Source: Phallusia mammillata
Lineage: Eukaryota
Length of the DNA: 64,000 bases
NCBI GenBank assembly: GCA_965637545.1
Contig: OZ281496.1
Coordinates: forward strand, 21,886,001 to 21,950,000
Reading direction: 5' to 3'
Below, in pieces: positions 37,783 through 50,647 of the stretch (position 1 is the stretch's first letter; the number at the start of each line of letters is the position of its first letter). A program made the position numbers and the translations under genes. The notes below the pieces were generated by a model. It did not search any database. It was not told the origin of the DNA and worked only from the letters and a program-made list of their open reading frames with translations.

Positions 37783-38318
37783 CAGGGGTGTGCAACCCGC
37801 GGCCGGCGGGCCACAATCCGGCCCGCCAAGCCGTTTAGTGTGGCCCTCGAAAACACTCCGATTCAGAGCGAGTAAAAATGCACATTTTAGCAAAAAAATC
37901 CCCGCTAGTTTTCGGTAAATCTCCTAAGTTGCAATACGTAACAAGAATAAGCTAAACCAGTGCATTTTATTTAATTCACCCAGACCACTGGTCTTCTATT
38001 CGCACTTGGTGCTTATTGCGTATATATACCGAATATGACGTAATATACCCCTTTGTCTAGTAAACAATTACTTTGTTGTGAAGGCAGTGTTGCGACGAAA
38101 CTTAGTTGCACCTAACATTTTAAATTGATTTTAAACGCAAAATAAAACAAAACGCAGGGGTGTGGAAATAGTATCGACATGATATTATAATGTAAGCCGC
38201 ACCAACATTAGGGTAAAAAGTACGTGTAAATACGGTACATGAAAAAAATTGTGTGGCCCTCGCTTGATGTCCGAAATTGGTAATATGGCCCACCGAAGAA
38301 AAAGGTTGCACACCCCTG
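37783..38318. mobile_element. hAT (Buster-like) MITE
   Basis: TIR CAGGGGTGTGCAACC; exact TSD GTTTAGAC. Confidence 0.92.
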
Positions 38319-40181
38319 GTTTAGACAAGATCAGTTTATGTTAAGAAGACGAAAAATCAAAACACTACATCTATAAATTGTCGACCCATCATACGCAGCC
38401 TACTATACTGCTTTTGTTATAAAACATTTAAAATTGCTTAACCGTTTTTTCAACCGCTGAATCAGTAAAAGATTATGAAACAAAGTTAAAAGATGTATCA
38501 AACAAATAAAAGTTATTTTAGGCTATATTCTTACTCAAACTCAGTTGGAATGATTTTCGTTTGCACCGCTATCGCCCCCTTTTCATATACTATTTCCGTT
38601 TCTCCTACAACAACATACAACCTATAAACAAAACAAAAACATTGTTTCAAAGTTTTGCTCATACACTCACGTGCATATAGAAACACAACAACTAATGTAA
38701 CAAGTGACTTACTTGTCTGTGGGCTTGAAACAGTCAGCTCCAGTCAAAATCCATCGTTCAGACAATATGCTTCCTCCGCATAAAAACGTAATGGTTGTGG
38801 AACTTGTCTTGTAAATTTGAACCATCCATGGCCACGAACCATTTTTCGCTGTGGAACCTCCATAAATTCTCCCGCTCTGAATACATATTTCTATTTTCTT
38901 TTTTATGTTCTGTTAGATTTTAATTTCAAAATAGGCAACTCAGTGGGTTGATGTGATGCTCTTTAAAGTAAAATGTTTGTTGTTTTTTGTTTCATTTTTA
39001 TCGCCAGTGATCGAGCAACGTCTTAATGCGTTTTGTCGTTTATTTGTCAACACTTTTGTGTTTAGCACGTTGTGTTTTTAGGCAATTCAAACTTAGTAAC
39101 GAACTTACAGTTGATATGGTATTGGATCGTTTTCCACAAATTGATGGTTCTGAAAGTAAATTTTTTGTAACAATTAAATTCTTACAGTACAGTTTCAGTT
39201 TTTTTAACGTTTTGATCACAAGCCCTTTTACGTAATGTTAACTTGTTTAATCTAATCTGCTCAAAAATGAGCATCAATCAAAAAACAGATGGTACTGTTA
39301 TACATAGATACAAATTAAACTTACTGCACTGCCATTGTTTTTAACTGGTTAGGAAATATACTTTTAGTGAGTCTAGATATTACCTGATAAAGTAATAGCT
39401 GCGAAAATGAAAAGCCAGCTCACAATAATATGCATGATTCCAGCAGTTTATACTAACAAGTCAACTAATAAGTTTGCTGTGATAGAAAATAATGTCTGAA
39501 ACCACACTGATTCTACGCGTTGTATGAAAGCAAATGTAGCCACCACCCTTTATATACCGCTCTATAGAGCTTAAAATATAAAATATATTTTAATCTGGGA
39601 AAACATACCGACTAATGTTTTTGTCCGGTTCCCGGATCTTACCATTTGGTCCTGTGGTGGGCGATTGTGTGATTGTGACTAATGCCATTTGTAGGACCCT
39701 AAACATAGACTAATGCTATTTGTTGGAACTAAACTTAGTCAATATTTCTGTTTGGTGAAACAATAATCGTTGTTGTGATAAGGAGGGATCAACATACAAG
39801 GAAATTGGTCGAAGTTTTTTATGTATACTAGATGTGTTTGTTTAAGCCATTTCTTTCACTACGAGTTGTTTAACCTTTGTTATTCTACTTACTGCTTCAA
39901 TGGTGCCAACGCCATTTCAGTACAAAGCCAAACTTACTTACGATTTCTGTTTTCTTTCGTTTGTCGAGCAATGCTTTGGTCGTGTAATGAAACCCTTTGT
40001 TTAACCAAACAACAACTGACCAATGCTTTTTACAAGAAACTAGTTTGTTTCTTTTTACGCATGCCAATATTAATTCGATACTCGCATAAAGTGCACCAAG
40101 TGGTTTTATGTTGTTGTTTTTTTGTTATACGTGACGAATTGAGGCATTTATATGCTTTCAGTTTAATCGTTTACACTTTAA

Positions 40182-41412
40182 CCCTTTGACTGCGGCGAGC
40201 CAATAAATTGGCTCGAAGACATGGTCATGTGTAAATCGCGATAGAAATCAAACCGGTACGAATTTTTTTCCCAACTGAGGTGCGTTTGAAAGCTTATGTA
40301 CAATGGCTTCTATTTATGTCAAAAAATTTATAGGTTTGTATTTAAAAAAAATTAGTTACACCAAGGACAAAATGAAGAAAACAAAAAAAGTGATATTTTT
40401 GAATTTTGTTTTCTAACTTCGTTTTTTTTTGTTTTTTTTACACTTGGGTGGTTACCATACAGTTACTTGAAGGCTATTTGAGGGTTTTGCTGGTACATTG
40501 CGGCTAACTTTGTGTACAGTTTGACATGTTCTAAACCGAAAACGGCAAGAAACTAGGTAGTGGTTAGCAGTAAATTTGTTGGTTCATGCTTGCAAATATA
40601 GGTTTATAAATCAATTCAGCTTTGCTTTGGTATAGACAACCACTATTTTAGAAGAAAATTACTGCTGTAATAGCACTACTAATTTCAAAAGTCCATATCT
40701 GATGGCCTGCATTTTAGTTGTGACTGGCTCTTGGAGTGCATTTACATGTTGCAAGCGATGGGAAATTTCACTAATTCAATGAACAGGAAATATAACAAAA
40801 ACAATGCAAAGGACTCTCAAATGCATGTTATGGTTCCCTGCCGTTACATTCTTTGAATTTGTGTTGTGCATCCTACTTTTGTGTGCAATGCTATCTAATA
40901 AACAATCTGCTTTTCCAAATGACTTTTGACAGCAATATGGGTATAATTAACTAATTAACACAATAACTAGTCCGCAAACTGTAAAAATGACAAATAAAAA
41001 TGTTTTTACACAAGTTTCAAGACCAAAAAAACATTTTTTTAATGTCCAGCACTATAATAAAACAAACCAAAATTTACGTTTATGACGTCACACGCTAACT
41101 AATGACGTCATCAAAATAATTGCACTTGGCTTTTTTATTAAACGACCTGCTTAACAATTTGAAACTGATATTTATGTTGAAAAACGTTTGCAAATGCTAT
41201 TTTTCCTAAAAAAATACAAACAAAATGACGTCATTTTCTGGATGATGACGTCATCAAAAAAATTATGTTTTCAACTTTTAGAAAATTTCATACACAACAA
41301 CTTTCCCAGAGAAAGTTATGTTCTATCTCTTACCGATTTTTCTAAAAACTTCATAACGTATGACCATGTCTAAATACAGAATTTTAAGAAAAAGAATTCA
41401 GCAGTTAAAGGG
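40182..41412. mobile_element. Non-autonomous piggyBac-like element
   Basis: TTAA|CCCTTTGACTGC ... GCAGTTAAAGGG|TTAA; no transposase ORF. A 5'-end fragment lies at about 23250-23335 and a 3'-end fragment at about 57545-57727. Confidence 0.8.
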
Positions 41413-41730
41413 TTAAGGAAAAAAATAACTTTACATAACGTTGTAAATAATGTATGTATCGGCCACGGGCATCTTAGACTAGGCGTCTCTCTACACCCGA
41501 TTTTGAGGTGTTGTGGTCTTAGTTATAACGGTTGTGGGTCTAGTTATAGCAGTGTACGGATATATGCTTTATACTGCCAATTAAGCTTAAGCAGAGATGA
41601 AGACTTGGATTGGTGAAACATAACATACCAAATAACTTATTTCGATGCTTAAATATTTGTTTCTACTACAGCGAGAATTTTTGTTTATTTACCTACCAAC
41701 GTGTCTTTATTTCTGTCTATCCTGTGTGGG

Positions 41731-41989
41731 CATGGGCGCCGCCGCGTAGGGGCAAGAGGGGGCACTTGCCCCCCCTTGGAATTTCAGTGTACTTCAATTT
41801 AACATATTTAGCAGCAAACCTAATTAAATTGGCAGCGCGGGGATTTGTGACATCGTTCAATGCTTTAACTTTTAGGTAACTCAATTGTGAAGTACACGAT
41901 TTATGGCTTCATATGTAACAAATTCTTGATGCGGTAAAGTATCAGCCAAAATTTGCCCCCTCTTGCAAAATTTTCTGCCGGCGCCCATG
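41731..41989. mobile_element. MITE with 8-bp TSD (CATGGGCG termini)
   Basis: TIR CATGGGCGCC / GGCGCCCATG; exact TSD TGTGTGGG. A related single end lies at about 5994-6030. Confidence 0.85.
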
Positions 41990-42346
41990 TGTGTGGGCGA
42001 TATACACGGTTGTGATAAATGTTGTGTACTACATACAGCTTTTCTGGGGGCAAATTATCTTTTGTTGTGATGATGTTTAAAGGCGAAGTCACGGCCTTTT
42101 ACGCGAGCTCTGACTTTGAGCATTCGCGTTTGTGATTAGATTTTGTCATAATCAAGTTTGCAGTGTAACTATACAAAAACTAACGACAATAAAGCTACCA
42201 ACACAACTATAAAGGAAACGTTCCAAGAACTTTGTTTATTTGCAAACGTGTTATATCCAAATATATTGTTGGACATTTTACGTAAGTTTCATGCAACACA
42301 CATTGTTTCAACAAAATAAATTTGTTCATAGAAGGTAAAATTTTAA

Positions 42347-45300
42347 TCATAACATCGAATAAAACACTACGCAAAGTGTCCAGATGAAAAGCCACAGTGT
42401 CTTATGCTGGCGTAGTTGACTGATTGCGTCACATGTGTAGCTGCCTACGTAGTTGATGCATTTTTTATTCGGGCAAGGATTCGGTTTTTGGTTGCACTCA
42501 TTGACATCTGCAAAAGCGTTGATTTAACGGTCACCAGTGAACATAAAATGAGATGCTTTATTGTAATCTTGCGACTAACGTTCCAAGAAGTTTATTAAAT
42601 AAAAAATATAATTGAACAAGAATGTTTGTTAAGTATTTCCTGCGCAAATAAATGAGTATGCCGATAATTTGTTTGGCTGAGGGATTGTTTTGAGTTTTGG
42701 GGTTGTTTATGCAGTCAAAACGCCTTTCACCGGAAAACTTCAGTACATAAATTGATCTACATGTTGGTTCAGTGCAAACTAATCTCTATTATGTCGCAGA
42801 GACTTACCGTCTGGAGCTGTGAAGTTGATGCTTGTAACTGTAAATTGTACAAAAGAATTTTAGTTTTAGATCAATTTATTTTAGCATTAGGTAAATACAC
42901 CACATATGTTTTCCATGTTTATACTATAGATGACACCGCGGATTTTTGTTTACATACAAAGATGAACTTGAAGAGATGTGTATTGTATTTATTTTTCTAA
43001 TATATAGTTCTACCGGTCTCAATCCATGAGTAAACTTCTGGCACATCTGCAAAAAATGTTGATCCTTCTCCGCAAGTTTCGCTTCCAAAACTCCTTACAC
43101 CGTATTGATACCACATTTTGTTTCCAACATCACACATCAATGGTCCACCCCAGTCTCCCTAAAAGTATAAAAGATTTTTTTTGTATTGTTCTTTATTTTT
43201 TCGAGATTTCTGTTGTTGCAAAAATATACCACGCATGTATCTTTGTAGTTTGTATGAGCACATGTAAGTGTGGCTGGCATCCCGTCATTAGAAGAGCCTT
43301 GAAATGTTCTGTACTCATTATTGCAGAAAGAATTGCTTCTTGTCTGGAGTTCAACTTGTTGGAGGTTGTTTCTGTACCACTGGTATATTGAAAAAGCATC
43401 TACAGAAAACATACGTCCAGCTTTTTAATGAGCTTGCCTACGCGTTTTTATCATGACATTCCGCTTGCTGTCGCGAATATTCTGTTTGGGTCGCTAGCAC
43501 AATTATCCAATGGCTTCAGGCCTTCTATAAGTAACCCCCGAAACCCGTGGCACCCTGATCAATGATCAAAATTGTAAATGATAGAGTTAAATCAAGCAAA
43601 CAAATGGACAGTAAACCCAAAAAAGCTTCCTTTCAAACATGTGCGTTATATAACAAGGACTACTCTACAAATGAAATATGACTTTCCTACTAGAATGCAT
43701 TTGAACCGCTTAAAGGGTTAAAATTGTGCTTTGCAATTGTTTGTTGATTATGGTGTCACTAGTGGGACCTGCACTCGTGCCCCCTTCCATAGTCGCCGAT
43801 TGATAAAAGCTGTCAATATTTCAACGTGCAAAGTTTGTTGCTTATGTCTACTTACTATCCTGCTTTCCCCATCCCGCAAAAAAACAGGTTGTTTCTGGCG
43901 CAATATTGTAATTTGTTCCTGGTGGAAGACATACTGGACTCACGAGCTCGTTAAAAGCCATTGGGGACTCTAGCTTCAGAAGTCCCACGTCATATCCCAA
44001 CATGACGTCCCTGTAAAGAAAATTGTCCTAGTATAGTGGAAGTTGTAGTAGAAACTCGATACGAACTTGAATGTATAAAAAAAACTGCCAGAACTTGTGC
44101 TCAAAGAATACAAGAATTGTGAACGTTCCGTAGTTGTTGTCTTAAGCGGTTTCAGACCATCTTTACGGCCAAGCTCTTTGTTTGATCAAGTTGCATTAGT
44201 TATGTTTCATATTGTCTTGTTCACAAACATTTAAAAATTTTAACAAGCAGGCATTTTCTTACGAATAGCTGCTGTGTTTGTACTTCTGTAGCACAGGTAG
44301 TTTCTGTTCAGTTGCGGTGACATCGTACAATAAAATAGTTCCAACGTAGACGGACAACCTGCATGTATTTTCCTGTTGTCAAATTTGGTTACATTTTACT
44401 ACGCTTTGTTTTGTTAGGTAGTAAAGCGTATTAAGGAATTGTTCATTAACAATAAATTCCATACTGTATAAGTTGAGCTAACTTTGCTAGGTCAAGATTA
44501 AGATGATTATAAACCACTCCTTCTCTGTTCGATGGCGGGGAGGAAAATTTACGTAAATAAATTCTTGCCATAAAGATTTTCAGTGCAAGGATTGTTTTTG
44601 TTGTGGCAATTTTGACTGTCATAAAAAAACGAAACAGTATTGTAGCATATTTGTGAAAATATCACATATTTTTCTCTTGGCAATGGTGCCATTCATTATT
44701 TGTCATGCGCAATCGAATTCGAGTCGAGAAAAACACAAAAAAAAATTCGAAAATTGGAAAATGTTTGTAGTAAATTGGAAAATTGTTTGTAGTAATTCGT
44801 ATGGAGCTAACTGGTCCTAGTTATCGTACAAGGTTGTTTGTATACTTACTTGTCGGCAGCTAGAAAGCAGTTAGCTGTTGTCAAGACCCATCTGTCTGAT
44901 AAAATACTTCCAGCACAGATAAACACACTTCGTGAAGCCGACGTAGATCTAAATACTTGGCCAACCCATGGCCACGATCCGTTCTTTGCGTTGATACCCC
45001 CGATGCTTCTCGTCGACTACAAAATTGCGATGCTTATTTAAAAGAACCTAGCTTAAACAATTATGATCAAACTTCGACCTACCCTTGTAGAGGAGTTTAA
45101 CTGCTTTCCACAACTTGGTGGGCTGCCTATGAAAGAACGAAAATGTTTGTTAAGTAAAAGTCAGACGAATAATCTTAACCATGCCAAGAATTAAAAACGT
45201 TTCATTTCAGGGGGAATAGCTATAACTGTTCATCATGTCTAGTTTTAGTTGTTGTTGTTGTTGTTACAGTTATTCCCAATAATTGTCCTATTTTCAATGA

Positions 45301-48300
45301 CAAATTAACGTTAATCGATTTAATCTCAAATTTTCACAGTTTCTTCGTAAAAAAAACAGCCGTACCTTGCAATCCCAATCTTTAGCAAATACTTTTTGTG
45401 TACAAACATGCAACATTCTGGGAAACGTATGCCACTTACTGCACGTAGGTGTAGCGACGGACCATCCGTTCTTTCTGCATTGTGCCCTATATGACACTCC
45501 ATAAAGTGATAAGCCAGTGTTGCATGTAAACTTCACGTATTCGCCATATGAGTAACTTGCTTTAGTCGGGACAACTCCTCCATTTAGTGGCAATGTTGGT
45601 AGTGGACACGTTATTGCTGTAATGAGTAAACGCTTTGTCGATTTTCTGCTTTGTTAAATTTTAAAACTTTTGGGTCTAATATCACGTCATCGTTATTCTT
45701 TTACCATTGTTAAACCTTGCAACAGCACAACTACTACAGAAGCTGTTTCAAATAGATGCGTTAATCGTGTTCGAAACTCTTTCACATGCTAAAGGCACCA
45801 GTGGATTAGAATTACATGCTAAACTAACCTTCACAAGATGGCATAGTCCCAGACCATACTCGATTGTGCGTGGAGTTGGTACTGCACGTTGTCGTCGCGT
45901 TTCCAACCAATTTATAACCTCCCAAACAGTCATAAGTGACCTGTTGATCCAGTGTGTAAAAGTTGTAGCTGGGGTCAATTGTTCCCAAGGTGGGGACGGG
46001 CGGTCTTGCGCAAGCGACAGCTAAAAGAACAATTTGGAAAGTAGACGAAGGGTCTTTTGTGTCATTGGTTTTAAAATATTTCATATTCAATGTGCATTAA
46101 AACGAGGCCGACTGACAATAATTGTCAGGTAAAAAATCTTTCTTGGTTTCTTTTAGTGTGTGAACCTTTTTACGTTTTAAGATAATTGTTTTATGATTGC
46201 GTAAAAACCGTGAAAACCACTGAATTACGCGACCAAAAATGGCTAACTATACTACTGCTTCGCAAGGGTACAGAGCAAATACGGGTGTAAATTTGTCTTG
46301 ACTTAATTCTATAGGTTTACATTGTATTTGCTTTTCTTTCTGTTGGTTTTGTTATGATACACAAGCTTTGCAGCGAAGGGTCGTTTTTTCTAAGCCTAAT
46401 TTGCTTGAATTAAATAATCAATATGTCTGTTTTTAAATACCACGCCTTACCCTCGCATATCGGGGAAGGATTCGACCAAACCCCTGAGCCGTTTACTTCA
46501 GAACAAGTGCTGGAGATATTTCCCACCGGCATGTAAGCAAACGTGCAGTTGAACGTGATGGACTTGCCCAACGTGTAAGATCGATAATCTGGCGTTACTG
46601 CTCCGTTCGCCGAATGAGTGGGTCTTGAACACTTTACAACTAAATGCAGACAGCACTTACTGTTTATCTGTAGTTAACCACTAAATGGTTGTTGGTTGGT
46701 TTGTTGACATTTTTGTCCTTGCATAGGACTAGAACTGGGGTACTAAAACTAGGATTCGGCGTGACTTAGGGGTCCGTGATGCCAGAGTTGCAAGCGGGCC
46801 CGAAATCTGAGCCCGAACCCGGCCCGAACCCGAAAGTATAAGCCCGAAGCCCGAAGCCCGACCCGAACCCGAAACGTTTTTGAGAAGCCCGTTTAGGCCC
46901 GAAATTTTGATTGACAGGTCTATCCACGAAAGCCTTGCAACAAAGTATGAGAAAGAAAAAAAGAGAAAAGACAACAAACACAATGAACAATAGTAGACAA
47001 TGGGGTAAACAATACGTTTTAGACCAGGGTGGGCATTCGATCAAAGCGAGAGAATTGTTACTAAAAAATGACGGAAACGGAACGTAAAGTCAGGCCCGTT
47101 TTGAGCCCGTTTTCTGACAAATACCTAAGCCCGAACCCGGCCCGAACCCGAACCCGGCCCGAAAAGCCCGGCCCGAAAAGCCCGGCCCGACTTGCAACTC
47201 TGCGTGATGCAATTTCGCGGGGACCGCCATGGAGTACAAAATCATTTCACAATATATTTTGATGTCTGCTATATAACTGATGTGTATCAAGGTGGAATAT
47301 ACGGACTGTCTAAACCAGGGATGGGCAACCTTTGTTGCTGTGGGGGCCAAATACAATTGCCAAAATTAGATCGCGGGTCGCACCTGTGTATAACACAAGG
47401 TAATTTTTCTTTGTCGCTTTCCAGATATGCGTAAACTACAAGTAAAATTCGCATTTGACTGTAGCCACAACTTGCCAGGTCGCAGAAAAATAGCATCGGG
47501 CGCATTAATCTGCTCAAAAATATTTATTAGTTTAACTCGTTTGCCAGTACATTTGAAATCCAAGCGTCTCTGCGGGCCGCACAACATAGGGTCGCATTTG
47601 GCCCGCGGGCCGCAGGTTGCCCACCCCTGGTCTAAACCATGCCTTTTTTCTGTCACAAGTAGCAAAAAATACAATAGTTCGCGCATAATCCTGAGGTTTT
47701 ATGTTTTTTATGCGATGTCACAATTTGCCTTTGTGCATAATTTTGCAAAACTAGCCTGAATTATGCGTCTAAAAATGTTGCTTTCTTGTAAAACATTCTA
47801 CTTACCGTTTGGTCTAGAAAATGTCAATCCAGTAACTGAAACGTAGACAGTAAGTGTTTATAAAAAGTACGTCATAATTTCACACAATGTATTTATCATT
47901 CCAACCTGAGTTGATCCAAGCATATACTTCAGAAACTTTAATCCAGAAATCAGGACCGGTTGAACATGTTGATTTGCCAAATGAGTTGACACCATATTGA
48001 AACCAGGTGTTATTCCTGTCCTCACACATAAGCGCTCCCCCTCCGTCACCCTACAAAACACAGTAATTAAAAAAATCTTAATGTGTTTACAATTACGTTA
48101 CGTTGACAATGCACAGTGTGGGAATTTGAAAGGCTCTGATTATTCGACTTTGGAAAGGCACATACGTTTGAATATACAACGTTGAGTGCTATCGTAGTAC
48201 AAGACTGTATCCCATAAGTCACTTCCATTAAATAATTCTAATTCGACCTATAATTTCTTTTTTATCGGATGCAGATTTGTGGCATACACCGTTTTAAAAT

Positions 48301-50647
48301 CAAAAATAGCGTCGAATCATTTTATGGTTACAAAATAAACGAAAACTTAATTTTTTTAAAGTAAATTTTTATATGCCTCAGCGGAGGTCTTTTCGGGCCG
48401 CTTTCTAGATGGAATCAAACAAAGGCTATTCTTCTATTTTATGCACATTCATCATACACGAAAGCAGTATACTTACCACACAAACGTCTACGCCGATTGC
48501 ATCAGCACACATCATGTTTTGGGGCATCCCAGTCTGAGGGGCGTTTGCAAAACTTTTAAAACTGTCGTTGCAATAAGACTTGCTTCGGACATCAAGTTGC
48601 GCTTCTCGAAGTTTATCTGATCGGACGTTTTCTAACAACCAAATTAGTGATAACATTTATAGCCTATACGCATTTTTGTTTTGTTGTTTGGACAAAGTGT
48701 AACAAGTGATAAAATTTCAAATAGTGGAAAATTTTAAAACTTATGTCTCTTGTAACCTATTTTGACTTCAATCGTAGCTACAATGGCAATTGTGACAATA
48801 AATCCCGTATGACTATTGCGTGATTTCGGCTAGGGCGTTTCTATCCACTTCAGAGTTGTAAGTCGTGCCGGATTCGGGCTTAAGTTTCTCCAAATAAGGG
48901 CCTGATTCGGGCCTGACTTTACACTTTGTGTCAGTATTTTTTGGAATAAATTTAACTAGCTAAGTAGCCAGTTGCTGGACCTGACCTAATGCTAAACAGC
49001 CCTAAAACGCCTTGTTCAAGACTAATAATCTGTTATTGTGTATGTTACCTTGGTCTTTTCTGAGGCTTCTATGTATAGGTCTTTCAGTCAAACTTTCGGG
49101 CCTAAACTAGCTTCTTAAAAACGATTCGGATTCGGTTCGGGTTCGGGCTCCAATTTCAGGCCCGTTTACATTTCTGATCCACTTAAAACCATATTCAGCC
49201 TTTCGCGCACTGAACCAACACCCTAGAAACAGCACTAAAATGACCATACCTGCAACTTCACCCCACCCAGCAAAGTAACACTTTGTTTCCGGCGGTACAT
49301 CGTAATATGGTCCTGGTGGCAGGCAAATTGGACTTACCACCTCATTAAATGTAAGATTGGTTGCTAGTTTTAACAGGGCAACGTCGTTTCCTTGTAAAAC
49401 GTCTCTAAAATGACAAATCTTGTTAAACCTGTGTTGGCTGTGAAATCACAAAAACACTTAACTTACGTGTAATTTGGGTGCTTGATGTGATTGGAAACAC
49501 GTATTTCCTGTGGAGCTCCCTCAGCAATGCTTTTTGAAAGTGTGCCGGCAGAGATGATGAGCCTGTGGAGGACACAAAAACAATTTTATCTCTTCAAAAA
49601 ACAAAAAATCCCCTTTTTATACCTATCAGATACAGTTGGCGCAACCTAACATTGTATTCAACAGTTTGGAAAAGAAACAACAGTTTGGAAAGAAACATAA
49701 GGTTAAGAACTATTCAACCCAGAGTTGTAAACCGGCGTGAAGTCGGAGTCTGAACCCGGCCCGAAGCCGAAAGTACAAGCCCGAAACCCGGCCCGAAACC
49801 GAATAGTTTTTGAGAAGCCCGTTTGAAAGCCCGATCCGACTCACAACTCCGATTCAACCAAAACGCACAGTTAAAAAAATTCAAAAGTTTGATTTGAATT
49901 CAAATTTACAATTCCCTTTTAATGTAGATCGCCTACTTGTGACTGTCCTGGAAACACGATGCCGCTGTCATTATCCATTCTTCCGATATTATACTTGCTG
50001 TACAAAGCGGCGCTATGCTGCTGTCGTTTCGTTCGGTACTGACTAGTGCAACCCAAGGCCACGACCCATTTGAGGCTATGTTTCCTCCAAGTATCCTTCC
50101 GACCTATAAACGCGTTGGTGCGTTAACTTGGTTTGCATTTCAGTGATACTGGAATATCGGTTCGTCTATTATGCCAACAACCCATTTATGTTACCCTTTA
50201 CTGATGGTTTTCCCAGCGGGGAGTTATTAAACTTAAGGGGAGAAACTGACTTCAATTTGAACTTGTGGTTTGTAAATAGACACTTAAACACTGGTAGTAC
50301 AGTATAACCTGTAAAGTTGACAAAAGATCCAGTTTTAAATGATCATGGTATGATTGAGCATTTAATTTGCAGTCTTTTGGAAAGGAATTAGAATGTTTTG
50401 AATTGTTAAGTGAGGAATTTGTCGACAAAGGTTGGGAACCGCTGCTTTGTACAATGTATACATGTTAATTAACGGAACTACTGAAACTTACAGTGTTAAA
50501 TTGGGCCGCTCGCTTTCCACAGGTTGCTTGCGCATGTACTGCAAAATGAAATTTGTTAAATCGCTAAAAACATTACTAACAAGAAGAAAGTTTACCTGAT
50601 ACTACAGCAGCCGTAAGTACAACAAATAAAGCGATGAAAATCTGCAT
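42347..50647 (-). CDS. G8: two-domain poly-pseudoprotease, SP-PSP-3xCCP-PSP-EGF-GPI (790 aa)
   Basis: Exons: 50596-50647, 50492-50538, 49937-50103 (TAASC), 49467-49562, 49250-49404, 48477-48631, 47906-48050 (GDGGGA), 47806-47835, 46451-46639, 45829-46020 and 45440-45616 (CCP), 45083-45126, 44850-45016 (TTANC), 44263-44358, 43856-44010, 43230-43399, 43014-43158 (GDWGGP), 42808-42837, 42347-42507. Total 2373 nt, open. Confidence 0.88.
46783..47202. mobile_element. hAT-type MITE, CAGAGTTG family with (CCCGAA)-rich subterminal arrays
   Basis: TIR CAGAGTTGCAAG; exact TSD CGTGATGC. Confidence 0.9.
47316..47629. mobile_element. hAT (Buster-like) MITE
   Basis: TIR CAGGGATGGGCAACC / GGTTGCCCACCCCTG; exact TSD GTCTAAAC. 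Confidence 0.92.
48851..49176. mobile_element. hAT-type MITE, CAGAGTTG family
   Basis: Left TIR CAGAGTTGTAAG, degenerate right TIR; exact TSD ATCCACTT. Confidence 0.85.
49720..49851. mobile_element. hAT-type MITE, CAGAGTTG family (132-bp deletion derivative)
   Basis: CAGAGTTGTAAA..CACAACTCCG; exact TSD ATTCAACC. Confidence 0.85.

Larger units (their letters stand above)
34588..39435 (-). pseudogene. G7: single-domain SP-PSP-EGF-GPI gene (337 aa when intact), frameshifted by a SINE insertion in this haplotype
   Basis: Exons: 39384-39435, 39109-39149, 38713-38876 (TGADC), 38535-38621, 37076-37230, 36550-36835 (161 nt plus a 125-nt insert), 36087-36231 (GDWGGP), 35741-35770, 34588-34766. No other lesion seen. 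Confidence 0.8.

Noticed and set aside
46795-47190. CRISPR-like or satellite array from CCCGAA repeats
   Set aside because: No regular repeat-spacer structure; the repeats are bounded by TIRs and an 8-bp TSD in a eukaryotic intron.
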